This document shows positions 63,821 to 64,000 of a stretch of DNA of 64,000 nt, in pieces (position 1 is the first letter of the stretch; the number at the start of each line of letters is the position of its first letter). The position numbers and the translations under genes are program-made. Below the pieces are notes generated by a model. It had not been told where the DNA came from, did not search any database, and saw only the letters and a program-made list of their open reading frames with translations. This stretch comes from Mobula hypostoma (lineage: Eukaryota): assembly GCF_963921235.1 (NCBI RefSeq), contig NC_086108.1, positions 105,154,001-105,218,000 of the forward strand, in the 5' to 3' direction.

Positions 63821-64000
63821 ATGATTCTGTAGATTATGATTATGACTATCATAAAATCACCCTTTTGACACGGCTTTTCTATTTCCTGTTGCAATCTGTA
63901 GTTCACATCTCAGCTACTGTTTGGAGGCCTGTATCTAACTGCCATAAGGGTCCTTTTACCCTTGCAGTATCTTAACTCAACCTAAAAGGATTCAACATCT

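Noticed and set aside
63130..63906. 258-aa ORF as a single gene
   Set aside because: Chance fusion of an older CR1 endonuclease remnant, junction filler and a younger CR1 RT

Overview
Eukaryotic, repeat-saturated DNA with no host gene exon that I can support, so most likely intronic or intergenic. The repeat complement points to a cartilaginous fish (shark or ray); this is an inference from V-SINE/HE1-like SINEs, dense CR1/HER1-like LINEs, Rex1/Babar and RTE LINEs, and Penelope-like elements (PLEs). The recognisable ORFs in the track are decayed LINE or transposon fragments, their antisense shadows, or tandem-repeat frames. Best structural signals: (1) minimal type I hammerhead ribozyme motifs in PLE 3' ends, one with an intact core at 12147-12184 and one split by an insertion; (2) a 1.39-kb TG...CA solo-LTR-like insertion with a TTAA target site duplication (TSD), plus a second 232-bp solo LTR; (3) a ~4-kb tripartite RTE insertion inside one 10-bp TSD; (4) two CR1-ORF1/Rex1-3' chimeras with the same junction; (5) an unclassified ~300-bp repeat present twice in inverted orientation; (6) tandem arrays born inside a SINE head and at a LINE tail. 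Element boundaries without a stated TSD are approximate (tens of bp). Family names come from motif recognition, not database searches. Many small tail fragments are not listed.
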